Below are positions 26,601 to 40,200 of a stretch of DNA of 64,000 bases, one piece after another. Each line of letters opens with the position of its first letter. Positions within the stretch are counted from its first letter, which is position 1. Both the position numbers and the translations under genes were made by a program. This DNA is from Balanoglossus misakiensis (taxonomy: Eukaryota > Animalia > Hemichordata). Location: contig CM082592.2 of NCBI GenBank assembly GCA_040954595.2, forward strand, positions 5,176,506 through 5,240,505. The letters are read 5' to 3'. Under the pieces are notes generated by a model. That model saw only the letters and a program-made list of their open reading frames with translations, did no database searches and was not told the origin of the DNA.

Positions 26601-28282
26601 TGTCTAATTAAAGAGCTCAGTTTACTATTAGTAATATTTTGAACACAGACTGTATCATAAAAGCCACCCCACCCTGCAGGGTTATGATACAAATTCACTG
26701 CCATAAATTCATAATTTAGGGTCTCAATGGACTGGAAAATGTTGATTTATATAAACTGTGTACTGTTATACTGCCTTGTGTATGGAGCTACAGCGATTGG
26801 GTTGGTGGGTCAAAGTAATGCTGGAATAAAACTGTTTGAACTCAGTTTATCTAAAGAAGAAACAATTCAAAAGAATCTGGCAATAGCAGATTATTCACTG
26901 GTTACTGTAGTAAATCAGTGTTCAATATGACAACACAAAGTTCATTCATCTGATATGGAAAAAAAACCTAAGTACTGGTGCAACTTGGATGTGACACAAT
27001 TGAAATCTTCTACCCAAATTCTTCCTAAATCCCTTAAAAAGTTGTGACTCTGTATGGTTAAATGGTATAAATCAGCATCACCTCCCCAAGCCCGCCTACC
27101 CTACAAATGTCCATAATGGAATAGACACGTTACCAGCACAAAGCCATCAGGACTGTTCTACTGTGACCATGGGTAGAGAAAGACACAAAACAAAGAAAGA
27201 CAATCTTACAATAATACTGGACATTTGATTTTAAGTATAACTACCTGGTGCATTAGAGAAAAAGCTTTCATATTTTACCAAGTATGTTGTGACCACCTGT
27301 TGTGTCTATTTCTGTACTAATATGCCTGTCACTACCAGTGCATATACCTTATAAGGATATTAAGTAAATATTAATTAATTATTCATGAGGATGACATGGC
27401 TATTGAGGTCACAGTTCACCAAATATTAAAGCTTCTGATAATGTGGTTTCTGATATATCTTCACTGGCAGCGATTAATACCAAGTAGTGTCTTAATTAAG
27501 CTCTTCTGGTCTGTACAACACCAATTTGATTGGCGCAAACAGAATGAGTTTGTTGAATGTACCGGTATGCATCTTTTCTGGAGATGGGTGCCGCTGCACA
27601 TGACGTACACAATGTACTCCTGCCGCACTAATGACTTGTCTGCATGGTTGTCATGGGTACAGCCACACGGTAGAGCTAGCATGGCAGCCATCTTGAATGA
27701 GCTCCCCACAGCTGGAAATTGCTGAAATCTCTAACTTGGCACGACAATGGCATGAACCATTTTCCACAGAAACTGAATCCGTCTCTCACCAACAGGGCAT
27801 TTTCAGTTGACAAGTAGAACTTGCAGTCACACAAACAACACAATGACAACGATTGTTCTGTTCTCCAATGGGTCGGTTCTGATGATGAAGTGAAATGCTA
27901 TGCAGAAGACGCACGAATGCAACCATCTTGCTGCTTCACTCGAAAGTTGAACTGGTCTGCAGAATCTGTGTATTTCTCACAAAAAAAGATCTTCATGAAG
28001 AACACTGACTACAATGGATAACTTGTCCCGAGACAAAACTGAAGAAACATCTACACCTGTATCCAAACGACAATGGCAATGAGACATATCCGATATATAT
28101 ATATGTCAACAAGCAAAGCTATACAAACACAGCCGCTTGCCACACAAAATGAGCTTCATTGAAAGAAATCGGTCCTTCATCCAGGCAATAAATAAATAGC
28201 AATTTCAGACTTGTACAAGCACTCCATTTCAACAGTACATATACACACACTGTGATAACAGTCCCCCGCACTCATAGCACTA

Positions 28283-31200
28283 CTAGCTGACGTCTGGCAT
28301 TGCCACATCGCTCCCGTCGAGGAACTCGCGACTCCTGTTGCGAAACCGCAGCTTTGAATCTGGCGGTAAGGGCGCACTTTCCGGACTCTCGATGGAGCTG
28401 CTTGATTGAGCATCTGATTTGTTCCGCATGCCTCTCCTCTTGGCTAGTTGTACAGCATGCTCCTTTTCCATGTCTTTCTCTGTGATGTGTAGTCTTAGAC
28501 TCTGTGAAAATAACAGTATGGGAATGGTAAGGTAACGACAATGATAATTGCCTTGTGAGCCCGAGTGATTTCTACATGTAAGCCATCCAACATACATGTA
28601 AGTAAGAATGCCAACTACTATTCACAACATCCGGCTGTGTTGTTGATACCAGTGATCGTGTTGTTCATTCAGCCTTTGAAATCATTCCTGCCTTATTTGG
28701 TAATGATCAGTCAAATTATGATGTCATTAATGCCTTATATGGTAACCCTCACTGATTCCTTACCTCTCTGACTAGAAACTCCTCTTCCATGATATCTTCC
28801 CGTATATTTCTAAGTCTGTCCATGGTTTCATAAAGACCTTGACTCTTGGCTAGTTGATCAGCTCTGCCTAGTGTATACCGAAATAACACTAGAGCTATGC
28901 GGAACATCACCTTCACTCCTACAACACACAAAACAATGACAGTATTAAAGTTGTGGATAAACTGGAGCTGGGGGTGTAGTTGTCAGAAAACAATTGACGG
29001 CTTTACTAACCTTCACACAGAAACATATCCCAGACTCGGAGTACTGATCCCCATGGCAACGTCCTCACAAATACGCACATAAACCACTCTGTCATGTAAA
29101 GTATCGGTTCTACTTTCCACTTTTTCTGAAATGATGCAAGAATATAAGGTATGAATGAGAAGAGGGTAACACTAAAATGTATGGCCCTGTTACACTCCAA
29201 ATTCAAATCCCATGTTGATAATATTTCTTCAAAAGAATATTGGAATGTGGAAAAATCACAAACCAATGAAAATACACTGTACAAGAATGAAAGGTTATAC
29301 TGGGTCACGTGACTGACCACTTATGATCACATGATAATCTTTAGCCAACCAGTGACACTGTCCCCTTCAGTGTATTGCTCATGCCATAAGCACTGCGTGA
29401 GTTATTGTAAAAACACAAAATCTTATAAGTCAAAGCAACATGGAATTTTGAGATCAAACTAAAATGCATACTCACTAAATGTCTGTATGTATATGGGAGG
29501 ACTTTTTTCAACAATCCAAACAACACATCCCCGTCAACTTGAATGGCTTCTAGACCTGGGCTGAAATACCCGACAAGGTATTTATCACATATCGACACCA
29601 TCATCCAGAATGCTTGCTGTTATAACGCAAACACACAAAGACAAAAGATAACATCTCATTACTTTGTACTTTTTTAAGCTCTGTAGGAAGACTGGACACT
29701 GCAACTTGTTTGTTTTTAAAAACCTTGTTGTACCCAATGTGACATATGAACTGACATACAGAGAACGGCAAGGGAAAGGGGGAAATGCTAAAGTCTATCC
29801 ATCACACAATGTCACCCTGTTGCTTATATGATTACTTCCCTATACCTGCATCAATCGCTTGTCAGCTTGACATGAACGATTACAACATTTTTCACAAACC
29901 ATATTTACAACAGTTGACTTGTTGAATATATGACGGCTGTGTTCCTGATTTTGAAAATAATTGTCAGCTTAGTAATCCATCTGTTGTTGTTTTTTCAGCC
30001 AACACTTTACCGTACCCCTTACTGCACTGACACGTAAATTCTGTCATTTTGAATGGCCTTAGCTCATTAGTAACACTCTGCCAGGTGAAATACACTACAA
30101 GAGTCCTCCCTAACAGCTCCACTCTAACCATTTTTCAATGAGTCCCTTCACAGCATGATACACTACAAGAGTGTTTTTGTTAAAGGGCAATGATGTTCGT
30201 TAAATTTGACCAGGGTACCTTGATTCATATACCAGGGTTCACTGTATCTGGGGTGACGGAAACATTACCAGGGTTTGAAAATATTTCCCTACGGACCCCA
30301 ACCAGAAGAAGCCCTGACTACAAGCGCCGACGAATTTGGTATTCACTCCTATACAATACACAGTAACTTAACGTGTACAGAATGCCTGCAGTCATCATTT
30401 GCAAGTTTCAAATGTCAGTTATATTCATGATATGATTGTTAAGGTAGCTGCTAGGTTTCCATGGTTATTACGTACAAAATTCAAAAAAAATATTTTTTTC
30501 ATCTGGTCTACAAGTCATTGTGCATTTTCAGCAAGTCTTAGTAAACACAGCGAGACTGACAATTCTGTGAATGAAAAAGGGGCAAAATGTAAACGAGTTA
30601 TGACCATGGATACATATCGATGGGTATGATTTATTATCAAGCATGCACGCTCACCTCAACAGGCATATGCATAAGTAACACTGCGGCAATCGGAGCCTGC
30701 GCCTGACAGTATCCATCTCTTGGATTGTGTATGCTGTACGCTTTAAGTACCCTGAATAAATCTTGCTGGCCGTAACCTCCTCTCTCGGCGAACATCTCGT
30801 GCCATGGGAACTGCCGATGGATGTCTCGTTCAATTTCATCCACCCATCGCGGGTCACCGGCCATGGCGTCGATTTCCTGATTAAAAACCAAACCATGCAG
30901 TGATATCAAGTGTGTGAACTAGGTGATTGAGGTAACATAGACCTTGACCCTGTTTGGTCATATCTTGCAGTAAAAAAAGTGTGAGCTATTGTTTTTCTGA
31001 TATCTTTCAGTGTAGTAAAATATAAAAAGAAATGAACATGTATCTTGTATCTTGAACGTGGAATGTATTCTTTTGCATCAATTCAAATAGTGTGCTACAC
31101 TACAGATTTAATATTATTACTTTAAATAAGACAATATTTCCATATTAGGTATAATTAAATTTCACTTCATCCTAGCTTCTATAGTCATGATTACACAGCA

Positions 31201-34200
31201 CTTCGCAGTGCACATACCAAACATATTAATCTAATAACTTCCCCGGAATATTTGATTTTTGACCTGTTTAGGGAATTCTTTTCATTCACAGTCAGAACTC
31301 TGACCTGTATACTGTGACCTTTTCCTCAAAACAGATTATTATTAAAATGAATGCTGTTTAATACTTCCACAGTGTAAACATGCCATATGGTTTTCTTGTT
31401 GAAAGCAAATGTTTACAAATCATTTGGTCCAGATGGTACATCAATATAAAATATTTGCCTCTCTGTCGGAATAACTGTGGCTGAATTTTATTGCATTTTA
31501 TGAAAATCATCCGTTACCATGACTATGTTCTGCTATGATTATGTTACTCTTAGACTTGTATAGTAAATAACTGTGGTTCTCCTAAATTCACAGTGAGATA
31601 TACAGTACTTTTTATAACCAACACAATCACAGTAATTACACTTTTCAGAAATGAGAAATTATAGGCATATCTTACAAACGCTTACAAATCCTATACAGAT
31701 TAAAATTTAAAAACCAATCGATAAGAATTTTTGTTTTGCGTTGGTTAGATGTTATGTAATGGTGACAGGTAAGAACTGCCAAAAATGTTTGCTCATCAGA
31801 GGAATTAATTAGCATAACTGAATTTTACGTCTGCAAGATGTATGAATATCAGACACAAGCAATGACCCCCTGAGAATGATCACGCATTGGTGAAAAGAAT
31901 TTCCTGTGGAATTTCACATTTCAAGACTCCTCACATGCCAGAAATCTGTCATAATCCACGGAGGCCATGTTTTCTCAGCCACTGCACTGACCTCCGCAAA
32001 ATTCCTCATCAACTAATGATGATGATGATGCTCTCTGGAATCTGTTTAATTTCAATATAACAACTCTCTGAATACGTGGAAAATACCGACAACTTGAATG
32101 TACGGTAGAAGAACCTTTTGGGGATAATGGCCACAGGGATATTGATCTTGGTACCTTGCAATCATTCTGATCAAAATCAGGTGTAGAGTTCAGCGCTAGT
32201 GATAGTTCTGGTTGTTCTGTTCTCTGTCTTGGCTGTTCTCGAGCACCCCACAGAACTTAAATTATTTGATATCTCCGTGTTGGCGATATACACGTATGGG
32301 ACCAGCAACACACACTCTCAGAATAAATCACCATAAATTAATCATTAGCGTATCCTTTAACTCACATCAAATTTCCCTTTGTTTTTGTCCATTAGTTTCT
32401 TGCTGCCACTTAGGTACTGCCACGCCCTGGCTCTGAGCGCAGGCGGTACGCCTTTGCGACATCTCTGTTTTACCTGAAGGCAAAAAAAAAAAAAAACAGC
32501 ACTGAATAAGATAAACATGGAATTTACAACATCTAACTACAATTGCAACATATCTTGTTTGGATGAAGTTGTTTTGATTAAAGGGACAAAGTCTCTCTCT
32601 CGCTGCCCTTTTTCCATTAACCATGTTTGATACAAGACACTGTTAATGTTATTCTACATGTGGATATATAGTGAATCAACGTTCGACCAGACACAACTTC
32701 TATCCTGTTTGTAGGATATGAGAGTAAAAACCTCGCCAAAATGAATAAATGGTAAACACCGATTATTCATTTTGGCGAGTTTTTTCACTCTCATGTCTAT
32801 AAGTGGGATGGAAGGTGTGTGTGGTTGAACGTTGATTCACTATATATCCACATGTACATTCACATAAATGGTGTCTTGTATCAAACATAATTAATGGAAA
32901 AAGGGCAGCGAGAGAGAGACTTTGTCCCTTTAACTGTTATTCCAAAGATAAATTTTAAAACAGGGCGCATATGCACAAAGTCCCCCAGGATTCCCGTTTT
33001 TCATTTCAAAAATTGCCTTAATTGTATTGCTGACCTTCTTAAACCTCTTCGACATCCAGAGATCCCAGTGGTCCAGCATATCCAACCATTTCAGTTCTCT
33101 CTTCCTCAGAACTTCAACTGGCATTACTTTGTTCCTGGAAATAACAAAGACAATTTCATTTCTTTAATAAATTTGATAATTTAAATTTTGCAAAAATGTT
33201 TATAGTACACCAGTCAAGTGAGTTTGTGACAGAACCAGGAGTCCGTAGACTTTACACCAGGATCGAACAGAATTACATTACATCAGTTGCCAATGACCCT
33301 ATCTATACTGACAACACTGCACAGAATGCTTATCAGATCAACTTACTGCCCGGCACTTCAAGCTACACACAGTGCACCATATCTACTTTATCATGGGACT
33401 TCGAGTCAGGATACATTTCCCCTCAACAGACTAGAACAAAAAGTAAACTAATTCAATATGGTCTGCTTTTTCAACTCTGATCTTTAAATAATGCCTTCGA
33501 CCCATAACATTTAGTCTTGCTCCTAGCAGAATGCCATCTTCACACAGACTCAGTGGAATTAACTACACAGCTATGAATATCAACTTCATTGGACAGTCAA
33601 GCGCTCACTTTTTATCACTTCTTTCAGATTTTTTGTGTGCATATCAATAGTTTTTTTCCTTTTTCCTATGCTATACACATGAATGATTATAATGTTGGTA
33701 AGTAGACATTTAGCGTTAAACATGACTGAGGGAATGCGTACACACAAACGCACACACATGACTTGTAGTATACATTTTTGGCTATAATATGAATGCAAAT
33801 TTTTTATAGAATGCAACTGTAAAGCTGGTTACCCAGGTTCATAGAACTCCTCGGCCCTTTAATGACCGTGTATTCACCCTGTGTCCCTTGTAAACAAATA
33901 CAGCTGCTGACTCCTGTGATCTCTTATTTTTGTTCGAATCCCCCTCATAAAACAGCTGCCACCACTATCATCCCATCTTATTGCCACCAAATGTAAATCC
34001 AGTGTTAAGTACTATAAATGTTCATAAATAAGGCTCCACACAGATGATGTTTTTTCTGGTATTTCCTGAGAGCAAGTTTTCTGCAATATGTTTCCCGTAT
34101 TTAAAACGGATTCCAGCCTGATGAATTATGAATAACATCTGAGAGGAAAGGAACTCTATCTGAACAAGGCCACTTATCTCGACCATGACTTTGAACTTGC

Positions 34201-37200
34201 TGGTCAAAGTTCAGAGTGTTGATCTCATGATATGGATACTGGGTTGGGCAATATTTTGCGACAATCAGATATGGATGTCCATGGACTAAAAACACAACCA
34301 ATGACTGTATTTTCTCCCTGTTGAGGACTCGCATAGAATGAGCAGCATGAACAAGATATTTTCTCAGCCTGCAGGTTCTCTCCGTTGATCATATCTACAG
34401 CTCTGCAAAATAAATTGCTTCGAATGGGAGACTCGCATAATACACTACCTATCCTAACTCAAACAGCATTCACAAGAATGCGCAATTCTCGTTTGCCCTT
34501 TACACAGGTATGTCAACTATGCATTAGCCCTGCAGTGTAGGTGGAGAGTTAAAAGCCCAGACACGTCTACACAGCATTTCGCCCTGCAGTCTGACGTGCA
34601 GGATGTAAATGCTTGATTAGCTGCCAGGTCTGACTGCAGACATTGATCCCTGAGGTTATTCCTGGTAGTGTATTTAGTGTTGGAACACACACAATGGCTA
34701 TCATATGTTGACATAATTGAGAGAGAATCCATCCTGAGATAATAAATTAATGCTTTTAATGATAATTACATTTTTATCATTTTTTTCTATTCTCACGATA
34801 AGGTTCATTTTCTCTTGTACACAAACGGGTCACACAGTTATGCCAGAGTATAATAGCGCTAGACAAAATCTTTTGCCATTTTATTGGTTATTCAAGAATT
34901 GACTAACAAACCGCATTTTTGATCATCATTCTATACTCCCAAATAATATCAAACTTTATCCGGGCTATCTCATTCACTGTTTCTTTATAAACACTCTTGG
35001 GGTGGCCTGCTGAAATATCCACTTTCAAATAAATGCTGCCACCAAAGCGGTTGAATGCAAATTGTTTCTGATGTTCCCCGAACATTACAGAAGAAACGAG
35101 CAATGGGTGTAACATGAAACTGCTGCCCCATTGTAATTTTGTGCCTTATTCAGTCTATTCCAAAGAAAAGCCCTAACTGTCTGAGACAATTCCACACAGG
35201 GTCGGGTGTTCGAAGGCCAGTAGGATGAAAGAAATCCTGAATGTCAGTTGATTACATTCTTAACAGGAAATCCCAGGAGGAGAACTTCAGGATTTCACAA
35301 CAGAAAAGGTGAAACACTATACGGTACAGTTAGGGTCTGCATTCAGAATATATTCACATACATTCAAGATCTGTGTTTTGAAACAGGCATTGTCACTGGT
35401 GTTTACATCCAGACCTATCAATTCAAATCAGAGATGATTCATATTTACATTCAATAATGAACTCTTCCCAAACCCATCAAATAAATTTTTTAAACTGGAA
35501 GATTATTTCTGCCATTGAGATTGAATTTATGATATTTTTTTATCTAGGAAGGTCACAAATGCCTATACAATTAATTTCATAGTGAATTGACATATTCACT
35601 GACAAAAGATCATGTCCACCCCACGAATTCATATATATTTTCATTTCCAAGCTTTTAATAGAAATTGAACGCGAGAGAACATGTCTCTTCAAATTCAAAT
35701 AAATAGAAACATGAAAAGCTATTTATTATTCTGTCAATCATGGGAACCTTTTGTTACCACTGCAACTGATATAAACAGAAGTGAAACAGTGATAGTGACA
35801 CCTTTAATAACCTTGCAGCTATAACATGAAATATGCTTGATAATACCATCGCGTCTAACACACGCACACTACCTGGAAACTGGATGTTCTGAAATGATTT
35901 ATGGCTCTTATTAAATCAACACTATATAAGTATAACAATGATCAGTTTTATAAGCTTCAGGGTATTTCTGTATTGCTAAGTGCATCTTCCGAGCACTGTA
36001 AACACATTGAATGTGATTTATGAGCCGAGTGGGGAAATTAATGGGATTTTTCTGGGTAGACGTAATGTAGGCCCCACCATGCCACATCATGCTGTTAGAA
36101 TATTGATCATTATGACATTCTATTTTTAATTTTTAAAGAAATCAAAGCCTTGCATGCTTTTAATATTGATTTTTTTCTGCTGGTATTTTATACTAATGTG
36201 TGGGGGTTACAGTTCAAGGGTCACAGGTCAGACTTGTTTATTTAGATTCATTGCCTGTATTAATTTCAACACAAAGTACTTTTGAATGAGAAAATATTTT
36301 ACCGGTATATGATTTGCAGCGTTGGTTTACAATTTCATTTTTGGACGATCACATCAGAGTTACCACAGCCTGCGTGGGGTGTGCATTCTTCATCTGTCAG
36401 GAGACTGGAAAACATTCGCGTCCAAATCAAAACACATGGGAAGTCGGGGGCTAGGGTACGCCAGAAGCAGAAGTCGGAGGAGAACGCACAGTCACGTCAC
36501 AGGTCACTTAATTAACACAATTACATCAAAACATGGGCGACCACCTCTGACACGGTTCTTCTACTGGCAGCCACCTGCTAGCATTCTACCACAGTGCAAC
36601 AGAAGGGTCACTGCAGGACACTTAGGGCCATGTGCAGGTCATCCTCTAGTACTGTAATACTGCAAGAAGTCAGACTCATCAACAACTAATAATACTAATT
36701 ACAAATAGTCATGTCTTGTTTTGATTTCAAATGTCTTCCATGGTGGCTAATTGCTCGGAGTCATTTCTGCAAGGGATGTAGGTGTTAGGGGTTATCTAAA
36801 ACGACGTCATCTGTTCAAACAGGCATCACTGTATACATGACTTGTGGCTCTGTCTGCACAGCCAATGGGTGTCAGCTTACAGGATCTGATGAAAACAGTA
36901 ATGTTTCCTCAGTTCATATTTCAGTAGGAGTCTACTAGATTTATGTCACAAGCACTGAACATTACTGGGAGTAATAACATTTCTGATATTTTTTTTTTTC
37001 ATCTTATGTTTGTTGCATCCTCAGATGGACAACCTTAATAAAAGCAGTTGAAATATACATACTTCCCCGGAAACATGGCGATTAGGGAAGTCAGTAGTTT
37101 TTACGAGGAAGAGTTGACTTCCTAAAGCCTGTACATGGAATATCTCAATTGGTTTTATGCCGGGAGTTCGGATCTGCTGTAAGTACCATCTCCGCACTGG

Positions 37201-40200
37201 TGGTCAAGTGATACGTTAACTCTATGAGTACTTTCAAATGTTGGCTACAGATACCAGCACTTGAAATGTGCAGATAACGAGTTATGTGTCATTACGGAGA
37301 GTTCCTTGTAGTCTAATACTGTATGCTGTTATCTGAGGTGGGGTGAAAGTCTTCAAGAAGTAGAGATTAACAGAGTAATGGTTTCAGTGCCGACGCTATA
37401 AATTATTCCAGAATGTCATGGAATGAACACCGGCGTGCCAGATGCTGGATCATATGCCATGCAGGGAATTACTGAGTTTAACTAATCATACATGGATTTC
37501 ATTTGTAGAGCTAATGAAACATGCATAACGTTTGCGGCCTGACTTGTTTGCTGTGTCAAGTATCCATTGCTGCCGGTAGTACCCGGTAATATGTCGGAAT
37601 TATCATGGCATGCATAATGTTGCACACTGCTGCATGGGTTTTGCCAGACATTTTTCAGAACCTTGTCAAAGAAACAGGTCACACTTGTTAAAGTTTAACT
37701 GAGAACAAGGAAATCTACGACAGAAATTACACGACTTTTATCAAAATATTCAGGAAATCAAATCAATACTTTGGTGTGTTGTGTTGATTTTATCATTTGG
37801 CATGCTTCCAACTCTGAAAATTTTTTTTTACCAGTCATAGCCTTCCAGAGGTTGTGGTCAACATCAAAATAAGGCTGGGTTCTTTCGCTATATTTTGCTC
37901 TGACAGCTTTCATGGCAGAGTTCATGGTCTGAAATATGAGACAGTCATAATAAATAGAATTGTGTTTTACCAAACATCTAACAAGTGTTGTTTGTGTATG
38001 AATTCTTGAACTATGGGCGAGAGGCAGATGGCCATGCATATATGGATAACCAACTGCTGTCTTTATTAAGAGAATGTCCAACAGTTGGGAAATGGTTCTC
38101 TGGCGGAGAAAATCCCATATTGCCAGCCATTTTTTCCTTCCCAGACTACTGACCAGCATGAATATATCAGCTGAGATAAAAATAACTTTTCATCACTCAT
38201 GAATTGCAATATGGAGGCAAAGCAGAGATTTGATGAGTGAGAACAACTGTCCTGGTATGGGGGATATAATGACATACACACTGTAAAGGTCATATGGTGC
38301 TACTACCAGCTGATAACGATTCTATGACCTTCCTGAGGTCACCTTCATAACATGTCCTGTGAACATTCCTTTAGATAGCCATTGCCCTGAGCCTATAGCA
38401 AAACACTGTACATTGTATTTCTTTTAGTGTGTATAATTGAAATAAGCCATTTGTCTTGAAATTTTACATCTTAGGTGAGGTGGTTTTCTTAGATATACCA
38501 CTACGAAAACAGCATGGACAGAAATGTGGTACAACATCGACTTCACCATGGTTGGAGACTCTGAACAATATTGGGTGTACTTGCATTTTGCAGTTTGTTG
38601 ACCCGAAATATCTTCCAATTTTCTCGAAATACCTTTGAATTCCAACCACTTAACATTGGCTGTGATACAGAGACATTTGTTGGCAATGGGACTGCGTGGA
38701 CAAGCAAATTCAATAATGGTTTGTACTTGAGTTAGGAGGTCTCACAATATATCCCTCACATCATGCACATCAAACATGATATGTGCAGTGAATCCACTGA
38801 ACTGGGGATGTGTTACATCATACAAAGCAATGGACTAAACTTGACACATTCCGGTATATATTTATATGATCTGACAAACTTGAGTTGAGCGGGCATCAAT
38901 TATGACTCATGATTTTTGAAACTGAATTGAAGTCTAGTTTCTATACTATATTAGGTTTGTGAAACATTATCACTTTCCAGTCTTGCATTATATGAATGCC
39001 TAAGTCAAATAGAGTATTATGGGTGTGCTTATTGTATTCCAATGCGTAAGCCCAGCCAAGAAGCAAACATTCAAAATGCAGCAAAAGATGCAGATCATAC
39101 TACAATTATTTTATTAATATAGACAATGATACAAAAAAACGAGGTTATACTGAACTAAGGTTTGTCGATGCGTCACAACTTTTCACTAAAGGCCATCTTA
39201 AACAATGGCTTCATTCCGGACATGCAGATAATGATATCATCTATTGAAAATCTACAAAATCTATTATCTTTGAGAAGACAGGCAAGGCCTCTGAAGCCCC
39301 ATATAAATATTGCCATCAAACTGGTGTGCTTGTTGGTGACATGATAAGATGTAAAACCAGCAACAGATGTTCCAGGGTTCATAAACTGAGACACTAGCAA
39401 TAGGGTGTCAATTTCTTGGGGACTATTTTAAGGGCACACGTGTTGGGCTTATGACAAGTGGTCAACCACTCCCTTGCAATGAGATCTACCAGCTCTCCAG
39501 ACATGTCATGGACACATACATCTCATTAAAAATTTCACCTTTTTTTCCATCCAAACGAGAGTTTCCTTGATCGTTATCGTGCTAGATGGAAACAAAGAAC
39601 TGTTGCTTGTCTTCCACATCATTAGATATATACAGGTACCTGGCAGTGCATACTGTGCAAGTTAATTCATGAGTAAACAAATGAATGGCTTATGTGTAAC
39701 CAGATGGCACTTTTCTAATGCCTGCCTGTACTTTTGTAATAATAATCGAGAGTTCAGACGGATCATATGAATGGTTTCAGGAAGAACCCATTATAAAAGG
39801 TCACTTGGTCTGGATAATACACCATCTGCAAATACCATCAAATATTATCAAAACCACAGTGAAGGCACACTGACCGTGTTCTGAACAAGCGCTCCTTAAT
39901 CCACCCATGCAACTACCTAACCAACAAATCCCTGGATGGTTGTGTAAAGGATGCTACATGTACCCCGTGCCTCAAATTTCAAGACTGCTTTGTTTACCAG
40001 CCATTAAAAGGAAAATCTCTGCCATGCGTCCTTCAGGATTGGTATTGATGTCCACTCCCACCAAACAATGATCTATTGAGCACACGTGTGCACTAGGTAA
40101 TCGTTTTTATTCACAAACACAATGCCACATTTAAACAGGTAACTTAATACAAGTACATTAACCCTTTTCAGATCTGCCTGTGAGGCTGTGACGTGTGAAA

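Noticed and set aside
34022-34732. Two same-frame minus ORFs as another pseudogene
   Set aside because: Several stops lie between them and no motif is recognisable; evidence is insufficient.
38740-38800. GFTAHI resembling herpesvirus terminase GYTAHI; PYFDVD near 37860 resembling a primase motif
   Set aside because: No Walker A or B motifs or other primase motifs at the expected spacing; short chance matches.
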